From contig DATHAL010000041.1 of NCBI GenBank assembly GCA_035296705.1, positions 16,238-80,237 on the forward strand: a stretch of 64,000 nt of DNA. Reading direction: 5' to 3'. A program made the position numbers and the translations under genes. Below are positions 45,829 to 56,067 of the stretch, in pieces (the first letter of the stretch is position 1; each line of letters starts with the position of its first letter). The DNA is from Solirubrobacterales bacterium. GTDB taxonomy: Bacteria; Actinomycetota; Thermoleophilia; Solirubrobacterales; 70-9. The notes beneath the pieces were generated by a model. It had not been told where the DNA came from, searched no databases, and worked only from the letters and a program-made list of their open reading frames with translations.

Positions 45829-48006
45829 CTAGACGAGCGGCTTTTCGACCGCGGCGCCGGAGGCCGCGCGCTCGACGTGGCGCTCGATCAGCTCCCGCTG
45901 GACGTTGCGCGGCTCGCCGTCCGGACGCCGGCGGGTCCACTCGCCGTCGGAGCCGAGATCCCAGGCGTTCGTGTTGTCGGCGAGGGAGCGGTCGAGGACG
46001 TCCACGAGATCGGCGCGAACCTTCGGGTCGGAGATCGGCGTCACCAGCTCGACACGGTTGTAGAGGTTGCGGGGCATGAGGTCGGCGGAGCCGATGTAGA
46101 CGCTCTCGGGCTCGCCGTGGCGCTCGAACGAGTAGATCCGCGAGTGCTCGAGGAAACGGCCGACGATCGAGACGACCCGGATATTCTCCGAGACCCCCGG
46201 CACGCCGGGCCGCAGCGCGCAGATCCCGCGCACGTTGATCTCGATCTTGACGCCGGCCTGCGAGGCGCGGTAAAGGGCCCGGATCGACGGCGCGTCGAGC
46301 AGCGAGTTCATCTTCACGCGGATCCTGCCGGGCGTCTCCGCGGAGTGCGACGCGATCGTGCGGTCGATCTCCTCGAGGATCCCCTTCTGGAGGTTGAACG
46401 GCGCGACCAGCACCTTGCGGTAGCTCCGCGGCCGCGCGTAGCCGGTCAGCGAGTTGAACATCTCTGCGATGTCGGCGCCGATCTCCTGATCGCAGGTGAA
46501 GAGCCCGAGGTCGGTGTAGATGCGGGCCGTCTTCGGGTTGTAGTTGCCGGTGCCGACGTGGACGTAGTGGCGGACGCCGCCGCCCTCCCGCCGGACGACG
46601 AGGACGCACTTCACGTGCGTCTTCAGCGCCGGGATGCCATACACGACGTGGACGCCGGCCTCCTCGAGCTTCTTCGCCCAATGGATGTTGGCGCGCTCGT
46701 CGAACCTCGCCTTGAGCTCAACGAGGCACACCGCCTGCTTGCCCCGCTCGGCGGCCTCGATCAGGCCCGGGACGAGCGGCGAATCGGCGCTCGTCCGGTA
46801 CACGGTCTGCTTGATCGCCAGCACGTCCGGATCGACGACCGCCTGCTTCACGAACCGCTCGACCGAGTTCGTGAACGAGTCGTACGGGTGGTGGAGGAGG
46901 AGGTCGGCCTCGCGGATGACGCCGAACACATTGCCCTCCTTGCCGTCCTCGCCGAAGATCAGGCGCGGTGGGGTGACCGGCGTGAAGGCCGGGTCGCGGA
47001 GCTCCTCGTGGCCGGCCAGCCCGGCGACGTCCCAGAGGTCTCCGAGGTCCAGCACGCCCTCGACGTCGTAGACCTCGTCGCCGGAGACGCCGAGCGCGGT
47101 GACGAGCTGGTCCCGAAGCCGCGGGCTCATGGTCGAATCGACCTCGAGCCGCACGAGCTCGCCGAAGCGACGCCGCCGCAGCTCCTCCTCGACCGCCCGC
47201 AGGACGTCGTCGGCCTCGTCGGAGACGTCGTAGTCCGTGTCGCGGGTGACGCGGAAGAACGAGTGCTCGACCACGTCCATGCCGGGAAACAGCGAGCCGA
47301 GGTGGGAGGCGATCAGCGCGTCGAGCGAGACCAGCGTCGTCCCGCTCTCCTCTCCGACGTCGAGGAAGCGCCCGAGGAGCTCCTTCGGGACCTTGACCCG
47401 CGCGAGGATCTCGTTCTCCTTCTCCGGGTCGTAGAGGACGACGGCGAGCGACAGCGACAGGTTCGAGATGTAGGGGAACGGCCGGCCCCGGCCGATCACG
47501 AGCGGCGTCAGCACCGGGAACACCTGGCGCTCGAAGAGCTGGTCGAGCTCCGCGCGCTCCTCGGCGGACGCCTGCTCGACGGAGATCAGGCGGATCCCGT
47601 GCTCGGCGAGCGTCGGGCGCAGCTCGTGCTCGAAGCATCGCGCCGCGCGGTCGCGCTGCCCGACCACCACCTCGCGGATCGCCCTGAGTTGCTCGGTCGG
47701 AGTCATCCCGTCGGCGCCACGGGCGGGGGTCCCCGCCTCGACCTGGTCCTGGAGGTTGGCGACGCGGACCATGAAGAACTCGTCCAGGTTCGACTCCCAG
47801 ATCGCGGCGAACTTGGCGCGCTCGAGCAGCGGTACTGAGGGATCCTCGGCGAGCTGGAGCACCCGGTCGTTGAACTCCAGCCAGGAGAGCTCGCGGTTGA
47901 AGTAGAGCTCCGAGTCCTCGAGCTCGGACGGGCGGACGGCCGCGGCGGCCGCCGGCGTCTCCTCGACGTCGGTGACCGTCGGCGTCTGGGTCTCGAAGGG
48001 TTCCAC
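45829..48006 (-). CDS. ppk: polyphosphate kinase 1
   Basis: 725-aa ORF. ELYFNRELSWLEFNDRVL, two PLD-like HKD regions (VHVVYG..LKTHVKCVLVVR, HVGTGNYNPKTARIYTDLGLFT, VSIVGRFLEHSRIY). Confidence 0.96.
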   Translation of the reverse strand: MEPFETQTPTVTDVEETPAAAAAVRPSELEDSELYFNRELSWLEFNDRVLQLAEDPSVPLLERAKFAAIWESNLDEFFMVRVANLQDQVEAGTPARGADGMTPTEQLRAIREVVVGQRDRAARCFEHELRPTLAEHGIRLISVEQASAEERAELDQLFERQVFPVLTPLVIGRGRPFPYISNLSLSLAVVLYDPEKENEILARVKVPKELLGRFLDVGEESGTTLVSLDALIASHLGSLFPGMDVVEHSFFRVTRDTDYDVSDEADDVLRAVEEELRRRRFGELVRLEVDSTMSPRLRDQLVTALGVSGDEVYDVEGVLDLGDLWDVAGLAGHEELRDPAFTPVTPPRLIFGEDGKEGNVFGVIREADLLLHHPYDSFTNSVERFVKQAVVDPDVLAIKQTVYRTSADSPLVPGLIEAAERGKQAVCLVELKARFDERANIHWAKKLEEAGVHVVYGIPALKTHVKCVLVVRREGGGVRHYVHVGTGNYNPKTARIYTDLGLFTCDQEIGADIAEMFNSLTGYARPRSYRKVLVAPFNLQKGILEEIDRTIASHSAETPGRIRVKMNSLLDAPSIRALYRASQAGVKIEINVRGICALRPGVPGVSENIRVVSIVGRFLEHSRIYSFERHGEPESVYIGSADLMPRNLYNRVELVTPISDPKVRADLVDVLDRSLADNTNAWDLGSDGEWTRRRPDGEPRNVQRELIERHVERAASGAAVEKPLV

Positions 48007-48206
48007 GGCGGCTGCCCACAGGCTACCGCCGGCCGTAGCTCAGGCGACCTCGCGGAGCGGGCTGGGCTGCGACTTGCTCGCTCCCGCAGCCGACGCGGTC
48101 GTACCCGGCGGTCAGCGCCGTCCGCGCGAACTCTCCCGCGGTGCGCGGTCGGTCAGCCTCCGCACCTGGACATAAGCTCGACGCTGCAACCGAGGAGAGG
48201 AGCGCG

Positions 48207-48617
48207 ATGAGCAACGAGGCCTCAACCGCGACGATCTACGCCGGGCTGCGCTACCGGGACGCGGACGCCGCGATGAAGTGGCTCGAGGAGGTCCTGGGAT
48301 GCGAGCGGAGCGAGGACCACCGCGACGACGACGGGAACGTCGCCCACGCCGAGGTCGTCTTCCGCGGCGCGACCGTGATGCTGAGCACGGCCGGCGTAGG
48401 CCGCGAGCCGTTCCGAAGCCTCCCCGCGGGCGGTCAGCTGATCTATTGCGGCATCGAGGCGGTCGACGAGCTTTACGATCGCGTACGCGAAGCCGGCGGC
48501 GAGATCGCGCTCGAGCTCACCGACACCGACTACGGCTCGCGCGACTTCACCGTCCGCGATCCGGAGGGGAACCTGTCGGCGTTCGGGACGTACCGCCCCC
48601 AGGTTGAAGGGAGCTGA
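48207..48617 (+). CDS. VOC/glyoxalase-bleomycin-resistance family protein
   Basis: ATG 48207 preceded by GAGGAGAGG. 136 aa. ...AMKWLEEVLG..., ...TDYGSRDFTVRDPEGNLSAFGTY. Confidence 0.82.
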   Translation: MSNEASTATIYAGLRYRDADAAMKWLEEVLGCERSEDHRDDDGNVAHAEVVFRGATVMLSTAGVGREPFRSLPAGGQLIYCGIEAVDELYDRVREAGGEIALELTDTDYGSRDFTVRDPEGNLSAFGTYRPQVEGS

Positions 48618-48635
48618 AAGCCGGTCGCGCGTGCA

Positions 48636-50051
48636 TCAGACGGGCTTGCCGGCCTCGATCAGCCACGTCTGAAAGAGCCCGTCGAGGTCCTGGCCCGACT
48701 GCGCCTCGGCCAGCGCAATGAACTCGTCGATTGTCGCGTTGCCGTACGCATGCCCGCCGGCCCAGGCGCGCAGCGTCGCGTAGAAGGCCGCGTCGCCGAT
48801 CCGCTGCCGAAGCGCCTCGAGGGCCATCGCGCCGCGCACGTAGACCGACTCTGAGAAGAGCTTTCCCGGCGACGGGATCACCGCGGGCGGTGGGTTCCAG
48901 ATCCGGTCGCGGCTCGCGGGCTCGTCGGCGAAGTCGCGGAACTGCTCCGCCGTCGTGGCGCCGCCCGTGGCCTCCGTCCAGCGCCACTCAGACCAGGTCG
49001 CAAATCCCTCGTTGAGCCACATCTGCGGCCAGCTCGTGAGGCTGACGCTGTCGCCGAACCACTGGTGCGAGATCTCGTGGGCCAGGGTCACGTCGTCGGT
49101 GGCCGCGTGGAAGCTCGGCCGGGTCTGCGTCTCGAGCGCGTAGCCCACGCTCGGCGCATGATCGACGAGTGCGCCCACGGCGTTGAACGGGTACGGGCCG
49201 TAGAGCGACCTGAACAGGCGCACGATCCGCGGCAGCCTGTCCAGCGCGCTCTTCGAGTCGCGGCGCTCGCGCCTGTCGACCGCGATCACCGACGCGATCC
49301 CGGCCACCCGCCGCCGATCAAGCTTGAAGTTGCCGATGCTCGCGGTCGCGAGGTACGTCGCCATCGGCTGCTCGGCCGCCCAGCTCCAGGTCACGTGCGA
49401 CCCGCGCCGCTTGCGCGAGATGAGCCTGCCGTTCGACACAGCCTCGACGCCGCGCGGGACCTTGACGCTGACGTCGAAGGTCGCCTTGTCGGTCGGGTAG
49501 TCGTTGCACGGGTACCAGGTCGGTGCGCCCTGCGGCTCGCCGACGACGAAGGCGCCGTCGTCGGTCGGGATCCAACCGTCCTTCGAGCCGTCCGGGTCCT
49601 TGACATAGCGCGGCCGGCCCTTATAGGTGACGCGGACCGTGAAGTGCGAGCCGGCCGGGATCCCAGCGCTCGGTGTGATCACGAGCTCCTGGCCGTTGCG
49701 CTCCGCGCCGGCCCGGGCGCCGTTCACCTTCACCGCCGTGAGCTCCGGACCGCGGTAGTCGAGGTCGAACGCGCTCAGGTCCTGAGTCGTGCTGGCCGTG
49801 ATCGTCGCTTTGCCCCGGAGGTGGTTGTCGCGCGGCCGGTACCGGAGCGCCAGGTCGTAATGGTCGACGTCGTAGCCGCCGTTGCCTGCCTTCGGAAAGA
49901 ACGGATCACCGAGGCCGGCCGCGCCGGGCGTGAACTCGGCGCGCGCCTCGGCGGCACCCCCGAGGCAGATCGCGAGCGCGATCGCCAGCACCGCCGCCCG
50001 GCGCAAGTCTCCGCCGCGTGTCCCCGCCACCCGCCGGACTGTACCCCGCAA
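48636..50051 (-). CDS. secreted M1-family zinc metallopeptidase
   Basis: 471-aa ORF. Signal peptide. HEISHQWFGD plus WLNEGFATW (HExxH-18-E). Confidence 0.9.
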   Translation of the reverse strand: MRGTVRRVAGTRGGDLRRAAVLAIALAICLGGAAEARAEFTPGAAGLGDPFFPKAGNGGYDVDHYDLALRYRPRDNHLRGKATITASTTQDLSAFDLDYRGPELTAVKVNGARAGAERNGQELVITPSAGIPAGSHFTVRVTYKGRPRYVKDPDGSKDGWIPTDDGAFVVGEPQGAPTWYPCNDYPTDKATFDVSVKVPRGVEAVSNGRLISRKRRGSHVTWSWAAEQPMATYLATASIGNFKLDRRRVAGIASVIAVDRRERRDSKSALDRLPRIVRLFRSLYGPYPFNAVGALVDHAPSVGYALETQTRPSFHAATDDVTLAHEISHQWFGDSVSLTSWPQMWLNEGFATWSEWRWTEATGGATTAEQFRDFADEPASRDRIWNPPPAVIPSPGKLFSESVYVRGAMALEALRQRIGDAAFYATLRAWAGGHAYGNATIDEFIALAEAQSGQDLDGLFQTWLIEAGKPV

Positions 50052-50060
50052 AGGGGTCCG

Positions 50061-50975
50061 TCAAGCCGCCAGCGCCTGTGGGGCGCCGTTGCTGGCCGTG
50101 AGCAGGTCGAGGATGATGCCCTCGCGCAGGCCGCCCTTGCCGATCTGCAGCGGCCGGCCGAGGAGCTCCGAGAGCTGTTCGAGGATGAGCACCCCGGCGG
50201 GGAGGATCCGCACTCGCCGGGGGTCGAGCTCGAACTGCTTCGCGACCTCGGCGATCGGTGTGCCCGTCAGGACCCGGACCGCGCGCTCCAGCGTCTCGTA
50301 CTCGAGCACCGCGCCCACCAGCGTCCGGAGCGAGGTCGCGCTGCCGCCGACGGCGACCGCCTGATCGGGCTGCCCGACCTCGGTTCCGCCGAAGAAGTCG
50401 TCGATGTAGTCGCGCAGGGCGCGGATCTCCGAGGCGGACGGCGGGTCGTTGGTCAGGAACTCCTCGGCGACGGCGCCGGAGCCGATCTTGAACGAGCGCA
50501 CGCTGCTCACCCCCTCGGCCACCGTACCGAGGACGATCTCACAAGAGCCGCCGCCGACGTCGACGACGCCGATCTCTCCCTCGACGGGGTGGCCGAGCGT
50601 CTTCGTGGCGCCGAGAAACGCCAGCCGGCCCTCCTCCTGCTCGCTCAGGACCTCGACTGGGGCGCCCGCAGCCGCCGAGATCCGGGAGGCGACCTCGCGT
50701 GCGTTCTTCGCCTCGCGGATCGCGGCGGTGGCGACTATCCGGATCGCCTCCGCGCCGAGCTCCTCGGCGAGCCGCACCTGCGTCGCGACAACCTCGCAGA
50801 GCTCCTCCACCTTCTCGTCGACGATACGGTCCTTGCGCTTCGAGGACTTCTCGAACCGGGTGTAGGCACGCTGCTCCATCACCTTGCGGAGCTGGCCGTC
50901 GCTGGGCTCGGCGACCAGGACTCGCGTCGTGTTCGATCCGATGTCGACCGCCGCGCAGAGCACCGCTTCGATCAT
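50061..50975 (-). CDS. ppx: Ppx/GppA-family phosphatase (short exopolyphosphatase type)
   Basis: 304-aa ORF. AAVDIGSNTTRVLVAE, VVDVGGGSCEIV actin-fold motifs. Confidence 0.88.
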   Translation of the reverse strand: MIEAVLCAAVDIGSNTTRVLVAEPSDGQLRKVMEQRAYTRFEKSSKRKDRIVDEKVEELCEVVATQVRLAEELGAEAIRIVATAAIREAKNAREVASRISAAAGAPVEVLSEQEEGRLAFLGATKTLGHPVEGEIGVVDVGGGSCEIVLGTVAEGVSSVRSFKIGSGAVAEEFLTNDPPSASEIRALRDYIDDFFGGTEVGQPDQAVAVGGSATSLRTLVGAVLEYETLERAVRVLTGTPIAEVAKQFELDPRRVRILPAGVLILEQLSELLGRPLQIGKGGLREGIILDLLTASNGAPQALAA

Positions 50976-51026
50976 GGCAGAGGGGGCGGCCGGGAGCCGC
51001 CGTCTGACCGCATGTTTATCGGCGGT

Positions 51027-51365
51027 TCAGTCGTCGCCGACGCCCCCGTCCGCATCCTCGGAGTCGCCCTCGACCGTCACCAGTCCAAAGCTCTCGTCGA
51101 GCCGCACATCGACCGTCTGTCCGTCCGGCCTCGTCACCTCGACCTCCCAGGTCGCGCCGTCCTCGGAGTCGCGCTCGACCGCGTTCGCGGTACCGCCGCC
51201 CGTCACCCGCAGCGCCACGGCGGTCGCGCGGTCGGCGGCCGCCCCGGTCACCGTCGCATCCTCGTCGTCGCCGCCGGTCGCAAGCGCTACCGCCGTGCAG
51301 CCGGCCGAGATCGCGAGCGCGACCGCGCCGAGGATCAAGTACCTGTGCCTCTTCGTCATCGTCAT
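51027..51365 (-). CDS. PepSY-domain lipoprotein
   Basis: 112-aa ORF. Lipobox AISAGC. ...AVERDSEDGATWEVEVTRPDGQTVDVRLDESFGLV. ATGA overlap with the kinase stop. Confidence 0.78.
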   Translation of the reverse strand: MTMTKRHRYLILGAVALAISAGCTAVALATGGDDEDATVTGAAADRATAVALRVTGGGTANAVERDSEDGATWEVEVTRPDGQTVDVRLDESFGLVTVEGDSEDADGGVGDD

Positions 51366-52792
51366 CCTCCTTGCGGGTCGCGAGGGTTCATGGCGGTTGT
51401 ACCCGCGGGTGATGAAACGGGCGTGAAAGGTAGCTCGATCCAGGCGTCGAGCCCGGCTGGCTCGCGCGCGGCGGCGCCGGCCGAGCCGCGGTGCGCCTCC
51501 GCAATCGCCGCGGCGATCGCGAGCCCCAGCCCCGCGCCGCCCCCTCCGCGAGCGCCGTCGCCGCGGCTGAAGCGATCGAAGGCACGCTCGGCGAACCCCG
51601 GCGGGAAGCCGGCGCCCTCATCGGTGACGTGGAGGCGCACGGCGCCGTTTCGGCGCTCCGCCCAGAGGGCCACCGGCCCATCGCCGTGGCGCAGGGCGTT
51701 CTCGACGAGATTGGCCAGCGCCTGCTCGATACGCAGGCGATCGGCCTCGAGATCCGGCGTGTCCACCTCCCCGATCTCGAGCGTGCGGCCGGACTCGGCC
51801 GCACGAGCGGCGAAGCGCTCCCGCACGGCCTCAAGCGTCGCCCGCAGGTCGAGCCGCTCCGGCCTCAACGCGAGGCGGCCCTTGTCGGAGCGGGCAACGA
51901 GGAGCAGGTCCTCGGCGAGCCGAATCAGCCGGTCGACCTCCGCGACCGCCGAGGAGATCGCCGCCCGCAGCTCCTCCGGTTCGTGCGAGTAGCGCAGGGC
52001 GAGCTCGAGCTCGGTCTTGTGCAGCGCGAGCGGCGTGCGCAGTTCGTGGCTCGCGTCATCGACGAACGCCCGCTCGCGCTCGATCGCGGCCTCCAGCCGG
52101 TCGAGCATCGCGTTCAGCGTCTCGCCGAGGCGCCGAAGCTCGTCGTCGGCCGGGGAAACCGGCAGCCGCTCGTCCGGCACGTCGGCGGAGATCGCCGCGG
52201 CGCGGCGGCGCATCGCTTCGACCGGGCGCAGCGCGAGACCGGCTGCCAGGTAGCCGACGAGCGCCGCGACGAGGAGCGCGACCGGGCCGCCGACGAGCAG
52301 AACCGCGCGCAGGTTGTCGAGCGCGTCGGCGCGGTCGTCGAGCGCCGCGCCGACCACCAGGATCGTTTCCCGTCCGCCGATCGAGATCGGCGACGCGAGC
52401 AGCCGCGCCGGCCCGTTGTCGACCGCCGGCTCGAACTCGAGGTCGACGAACACGGCGCCGTCCGACGCGCTCGCGAGCGCCTCGATGGGAAGCACCCTCC
52501 GGTCTGCGAGCTGCGGCGTTGCGTCGATCACCCGGCCGTCGGGCGCGAGCAGCTCGGCGAAGCTGTCGTCGGACTCCGAGAGCGCGGATCCGGCGACGTC
52601 GCGAAGGCCCGAGCCGCCCCGGTCCGCGAGCGCCTCGATCTCCCCGGCTCGCGAGCGCAGGCCCTGGTCAATCGTCTCGTCGAGCTGGGAGGCGAACCGC
52701 AGGTTGACGAAGACGCCGAGGCCGGCCAGCAGCACCGCCATCGCCGCCGTGAAGGCGAGCGTGACCCGCAGCCGGACCGGCAGCCGGCTCAC
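51362..52792 (-). CDS. two-component sensor histidine kinase (2 TM, extracytoplasmic loop, HAMP, HisKA, HATPase)
   Basis: GTG 52792 overlaps the regulator stop (GTGA). FVDDASHELRTPL H-box. N/G boxes NLVENALRHG, DEGAGFP, GLGLAIA. The ORF-track 51362..53650 merges it with upstream shadow sequence. Confidence 0.9.
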   Translation of the reverse strand: MSRLPVRLRVTLAFTAAMAVLLAGLGVFVNLRFASQLDETIDQGLRSRAGEIEALADRGGSGLRDVAGSALSESDDSFAELLAPDGRVIDATPQLADRRVLPIEALASASDGAVFVDLEFEPAVDNGPARLLASPISIGGRETILVVGAALDDRADALDNLRAVLLVGGPVALLVAALVGYLAAGLALRPVEAMRRRAAAISADVPDERLPVSPADDELRRLGETLNAMLDRLEAAIERERAFVDDASHELRTPLALHKTELELALRYSHEPEELRAAISSAVAEVDRLIRLAEDLLLVARSDKGRLALRPERLDLRATLEAVRERFAARAAESGRTLEIGEVDTPDLEADRLRIEQALANLVENALRHGDGPVALWAERRNGAVRLHVTDEGAGFPPGFAERAFDRFSRGDGARGGGGAGLGLAIAAAIAEAHRGSAGAAAREPAGLDAWIELPFTPVSSPAGTTAMNPRDPQGG

Positions 52793-53469
52793 GCGCCGCC
52801 GTCCTCGCGCAGGCGGTATCCGGCGCCGCGCACCGTCTCGATCGAGCGCACACCGAACGGCCGGTCGATCTTCCGGCGCAGGAACCGAACGTAGGAGTCG
52901 ACCACGTTGGACCGGTTCTCGTAGTCGTAGTCCCAGGCGTGCTCCAGGAGCGCGAACCGCGAGAGCACCTCGCCCGGGCGGGTCATGAAGATCTGGAGGA
53001 TCGAGAACTCCTTCGGTGAGAGCTCGACCTCCTCGTCCCCGCGCCATACTCGTCGCCTCGCCGGGTCGAGCCTGAGGCTCCCGACGCAGAGCTCCGCCGG
53101 GCGCTCGACCGGGCCGCGCCTGACAAGCGCCCGGAGACGCGCCAGGAGCTCCGCGTAGGAGAACGGCTTCACGAGGTAGTCGTCGGCCCCGCCGTCCAGC
53201 CCGGCGACCCGGTCGCGGACCGAGTCGCGCGCGGTCAGCATCAGGATCGGCGACCAGACGCCCTCCGCGCGAAGCCGCCGGCAGACCTCGAGGCCGTCGA
53301 TGCCGGGAAGCATCACGTCGAGGACGATCGCGTCGTAGTCGGTTGCCTCGGCCATCCAGAGTGCGTCCTCGCCGCGGATCGCGACGTCGGCGGCAATCCC
53401 CTCGTTGCGCAGTCCACGGCGCACGAGCGACGCCATCTTCACCTCGTCCTCGACGATCAGCACTCTCAT
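52789..53469 (-). CDS. OmpR/PhoB-family response regulator
   Basis: 226-aa ORF. MRVLIVEDE...AIVLDVMLPGIDG...LMLTARD...DDYLVKPF, winged-helix C-terminus (VRGAGYRL). Confidence 0.93.
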   Translation of the reverse strand: MRVLIVEDEVKMASLVRRGLRNEGIAADVAIRGEDALWMAEATDYDAIVLDVMLPGIDGLEVCRRLRAEGVWSPILMLTARDSVRDRVAGLDGGADDYLVKPFSYAELLARLRALVRRGPVERPAELCVGSLRLDPARRRVWRGDEEVELSPKEFSILQIFMTRPGEVLSRFALLEHAWDYDYENRSNVVDSYVRFLRRKIDRPFGVRSIETVRGAGYRLREDGGA

Positions 53470-53502
53470 TGCGCCGGCTCCGGATCAGCGTCGCCGCCTT
53501 GA

Positions 53503-53519
53503 ATGAAAGCGCGATGAAA
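53503..53519 (-). promoter_or_regulatory. 11-bp-phased direct repeat TTTCAT-N5-TTTCAT upstream of the response regulator gene
   Basis: Plus strand reads ATGAAAgcgcgATGAAA, 34-50 nt upstream of the ATG at 53469. AT-rich hexamers in a GC-rich spacer. Confidence 0.35.
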
Positions 53520-53546
53520 GCCGCCATGCCAGGCGGCCTGCGCGAG

Positions 53547-54245
53547 TCAGGTTGGGATCGGCTCGCCCGGGTGCGAGGCGTCCTGGAACTCCCGGAAGAG
53601 CCCGGTGACGATGAAGGCCACCTGCTCGCCGATGTCGACGGTGTTGTCACCGGTCCGCTCGATCGCCCGCGCGACGAGGATCATGGTCATCGCCCACTCA
53701 CGTCGGTCGTGGTCGTCGCCGATCTCGAGCGCGATGCGGAAGATCTCGCGGTTGAGGTTGTCCACCAGGTCGTCCTGGCGCACGAGGTCACGCGCCATCT
53801 CGACGTCGCGCTCGGCGAAAGCGCGCTTCGCCTGGGCGATCTGCGTCTTCACCTGCCTGGCCATCGTCAGGAGGTCCTTGAGGATGCGCTCGTCGGCCGG
53901 CGGCTCGTGACCCGCGATCGGGATCACCTTGGCGATGTTCACGCACTGGTCGCCCATGCGCTCGATCGCCTTCATCAGGTGGAGCAGCGCGGAGATCAGC
54001 CGCAGGTCGGTGGCCACGGGCGCCTGGGTCGCGAGGAGGGTGAGGATCGACTGGTGGATCTCCAGGTACCGGCCGTCGATGACGTCGTCGTTGGCCGTCA
54101 CGAGACTGGCGAGCTCCGTGTCCTGGTGCTCGACCGCCTCGATCGCCTTGTCGAGCTGCGCGCCGACCATGTCGAGGCCCTCGAGCGCGCGCGCCTCGAG
54201 GTTCTGGAGCTCCTCCTGGTAGTGCACTCGAACGCTGTCCGGCAT
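53547..54245 (-). CDS. phoU: phosphate signalling complex protein PhoU
   Basis: 232-aa ORF. Two PhoU repeats (IERMGDQCVNIAK, IERTGDNTVDIGE). Confidence 0.93.
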   Translation of the reverse strand: MPDSVRVHYQEELQNLEARALEGLDMVGAQLDKAIEAVEHQDTELASLVTANDDVIDGRYLEIHQSILTLLATQAPVATDLRLISALLHLMKAIERMGDQCVNIAKVIPIAGHEPPADERILKDLLTMARQVKTQIAQAKRAFAERDVEMARDLVRQDDLVDNLNREIFRIALEIGDDHDRREWAMTMILVARAIERTGDNTVDIGEQVAFIVTGLFREFQDASHPGEPIPT

Positions 54246-54246
54246 C

Positions 54247-55158
54247 TCAGCCGACCTTCCCGGTCACGTAGTCCTCGGTCCGCTGATCCGACGGGTTGGT
54301 GAAGATCGTCTCCGTCGCGTCGTACTCGACGAGCCGTCCCTGCCGATGCCGCTCTTCGGCGTCGAGCTTCACGATCAGAAACGCGGTCAGGTCGGAAACG
54401 CGGGCGGCCTGCTGCATGTTGTGGGTGACGATGACGATCGAGTAGCCCTCCTTCAACTCGAGCATCAGGTCCTCGATCTTCCCGGTGGAGATCGGGTCGA
54501 GCGCCGAGCACGGCTCGTCCATGAGGATCACATCCGGATTCACGGCGAGGGCGCGCGCGATGCAGAGCCGCTGCTGCTGGCCGCCGGACATCCCGAAGGC
54601 GTTCGCGTCGAGCCGATCCTTGACCTCATCCCAGAGCGCGGCCCCATGGAGCGCGTTCTCGACGATCTCGTCCATGTTCCCGTCCATGCCGAGGATCCGC
54701 GGGCCGAACGCGATGTTGTCGTAGATCGACTTCGGGAACGGGTTCGGCTTCTGAAAGACCATTCCGATCCGCTTGCGGACCTCGACGGGATCGACCTGCT
54801 CGTCGTAGATGTCCTGTTCGTGGTAGAGCACCCGGCCGTCGACGGTCGCGGACGGGATCAGGTCGTTCATCCGGTTGAGGCAGCGGATCAGGGTCGACTT
54901 CCCGCACCCGGACGGGCCGATGATCGCCGTGATCGCGTTGCGGTAGATGTCCATCGAGACCTCGGCCACCGCCGGCTTGCCGCCGTAGGAGACGGTGACG
55001 TCCTCGAGCTTGAACACGGCCTCCCGGCTCGTCACCGTCCGGGCGCCGGCGGGGTGCGTCTCCGCGACGGTCTCGCCGAGGTCGATCCCCGGGACCGCGC
55101 GCTCGTGCTCTTGTGCTCTCTCTGGGTCCGTCACCGCTCTGCCATTCAACCTAATCAC
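54247..55158 (-). CDS. pstB: phosphate ABC transporter ATP-binding protein
   Basis: [53 protein letters not shown] 55158 abuts the pstA stop. A shorter start at in-frame GTG 55035 is possible. Confidence 0.93.
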   Translation of the reverse strand: MIRLNGRAVTDPERAQEHERAVPGIDLGETVAETHPAGARTVTSREAVFKLEDVTVSYGGKPAVAEVSMDIYRNAITAIIGPSGCGKSTLIRCLNRMNDLIPSATVDGRVLYHEQDIYDEQVDPVEVRKRIGMVFQKPNPFPKSIYDNIAFGPRILGMDGNMDEIVENALHGAALWDEVKDRLDANAFGMSGGQQQRLCIARALAVNPDVILMDEPCSALDPISTGKIEDLMLELKEGYSIVIVTHNMQQAARVSDLTAFLIVKLDAEERHRQGRLVEYDATETIFTNPSDQRTEDYVTGKVG

Positions 55159-56067
55159 CTACCACTTCCTCTCGTATCTGTTGCGGAGCCAGATCGCGAC
55201 CGCGTTCATCGCCAGCAGGATCACCATCAGGACGATGATGCCGGCGGCCGCGAGCGACTTGAACTCGGGCTGCGGATCCGAGATCCAGGAGAAGATCTGG
55301 ATCGGCAGCGCGGTGACGTCGTCGAAGATGCCGGTGGGCGAGGAGGTCGCGAAGGCGGCGGCGCCGATCACGATCAAGGGCGCGGTCTCGCCGATCGCCC
55401 GCGAGAGCGAGAGGATCGCGCCCGTCGCGATCCCCGGCAGCGAGGCCGGCAGCACCTGCTTCCAGACCGTCTGCCACCTGGTCGCCCCGAGCGCCATCGA
55501 GCCCTCTCGTATCGAGGGGGGCACCGCACGGATCGCCTCGCGCCCGGCGACGATCAGCACCGGGAGCACGAGGAGGCCCAGGGTGAGGCCGCCGGCGAGC
55601 AGCACGTGGCCCATCGACAGCGGCCCGCGGACGAGGAAGGCGAGGCCGAGGACGCCGTAGACGATCGACGGCACCGCCGCGAGGTTCTGAATGTTCACCT
55701 CGATCACGCGGTTGAACCAGCGATCGGAGTCCGCGTACTCCTCGAGGTACACCGCGGTCGCGACGCCCACCGGGATGATGAAGACGGTGCAGACGAGCAT
55801 CAGCCAGAGCGTCCCCGTGAGCGCGGGACCGATCCCGGAGCTGGCCGGGTCGATCCGCGAGGGGGTGTCGGTGAGGAAGCCGAGGCTGAGCGAGCCGATG
55901 CCGTCATTCACGATCTGCTCGAGCAGGACGACCAGCACGAGCAGCGAGACGAGGATGCACGAGGCGAGGCAGCCTTTGAAGGCGAGCTCCCAGATACGCG
56001 TCGAACGGCCGGACTCGAAGCTGGTGCGAACTGCGCCGGCAGCGGCCGCCTCGGCGGCGGAGCTCAC
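55159..56067 (-). CDS. pstA: phosphate ABC transporter permease PstA
   Basis: GTG 56067 overlaps the pstC stop (GTGA). 302 aa. PSIREGSMALGATRWQTVWKQVLP. The ORF-track 55159..56793 is a same-frame read-through into pstC shadow. Confidence 0.92.
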   Translation of the reverse strand: MSSAAEAAAAGAVRTSFESGRSTRIWELAFKGCLASCILVSLLVLVVLLEQIVNDGIGSLSLGFLTDTPSRIDPASSGIGPALTGTLWLMLVCTVFIIPVGVATAVYLEEYADSDRWFNRVIEVNIQNLAAVPSIVYGVLGLAFLVRGPLSMGHVLLAGGLTLGLLVLPVLIVAGREAIRAVPPSIREGSMALGATRWQTVWKQVLPASLPGIATGAILSLSRAIGETAPLIVIGAAAFATSSPTGIFDDVTALPIQIFSWISDPQPEFKSLAAAGIIVLMVILLAMNAVAIWLRNRYERKW

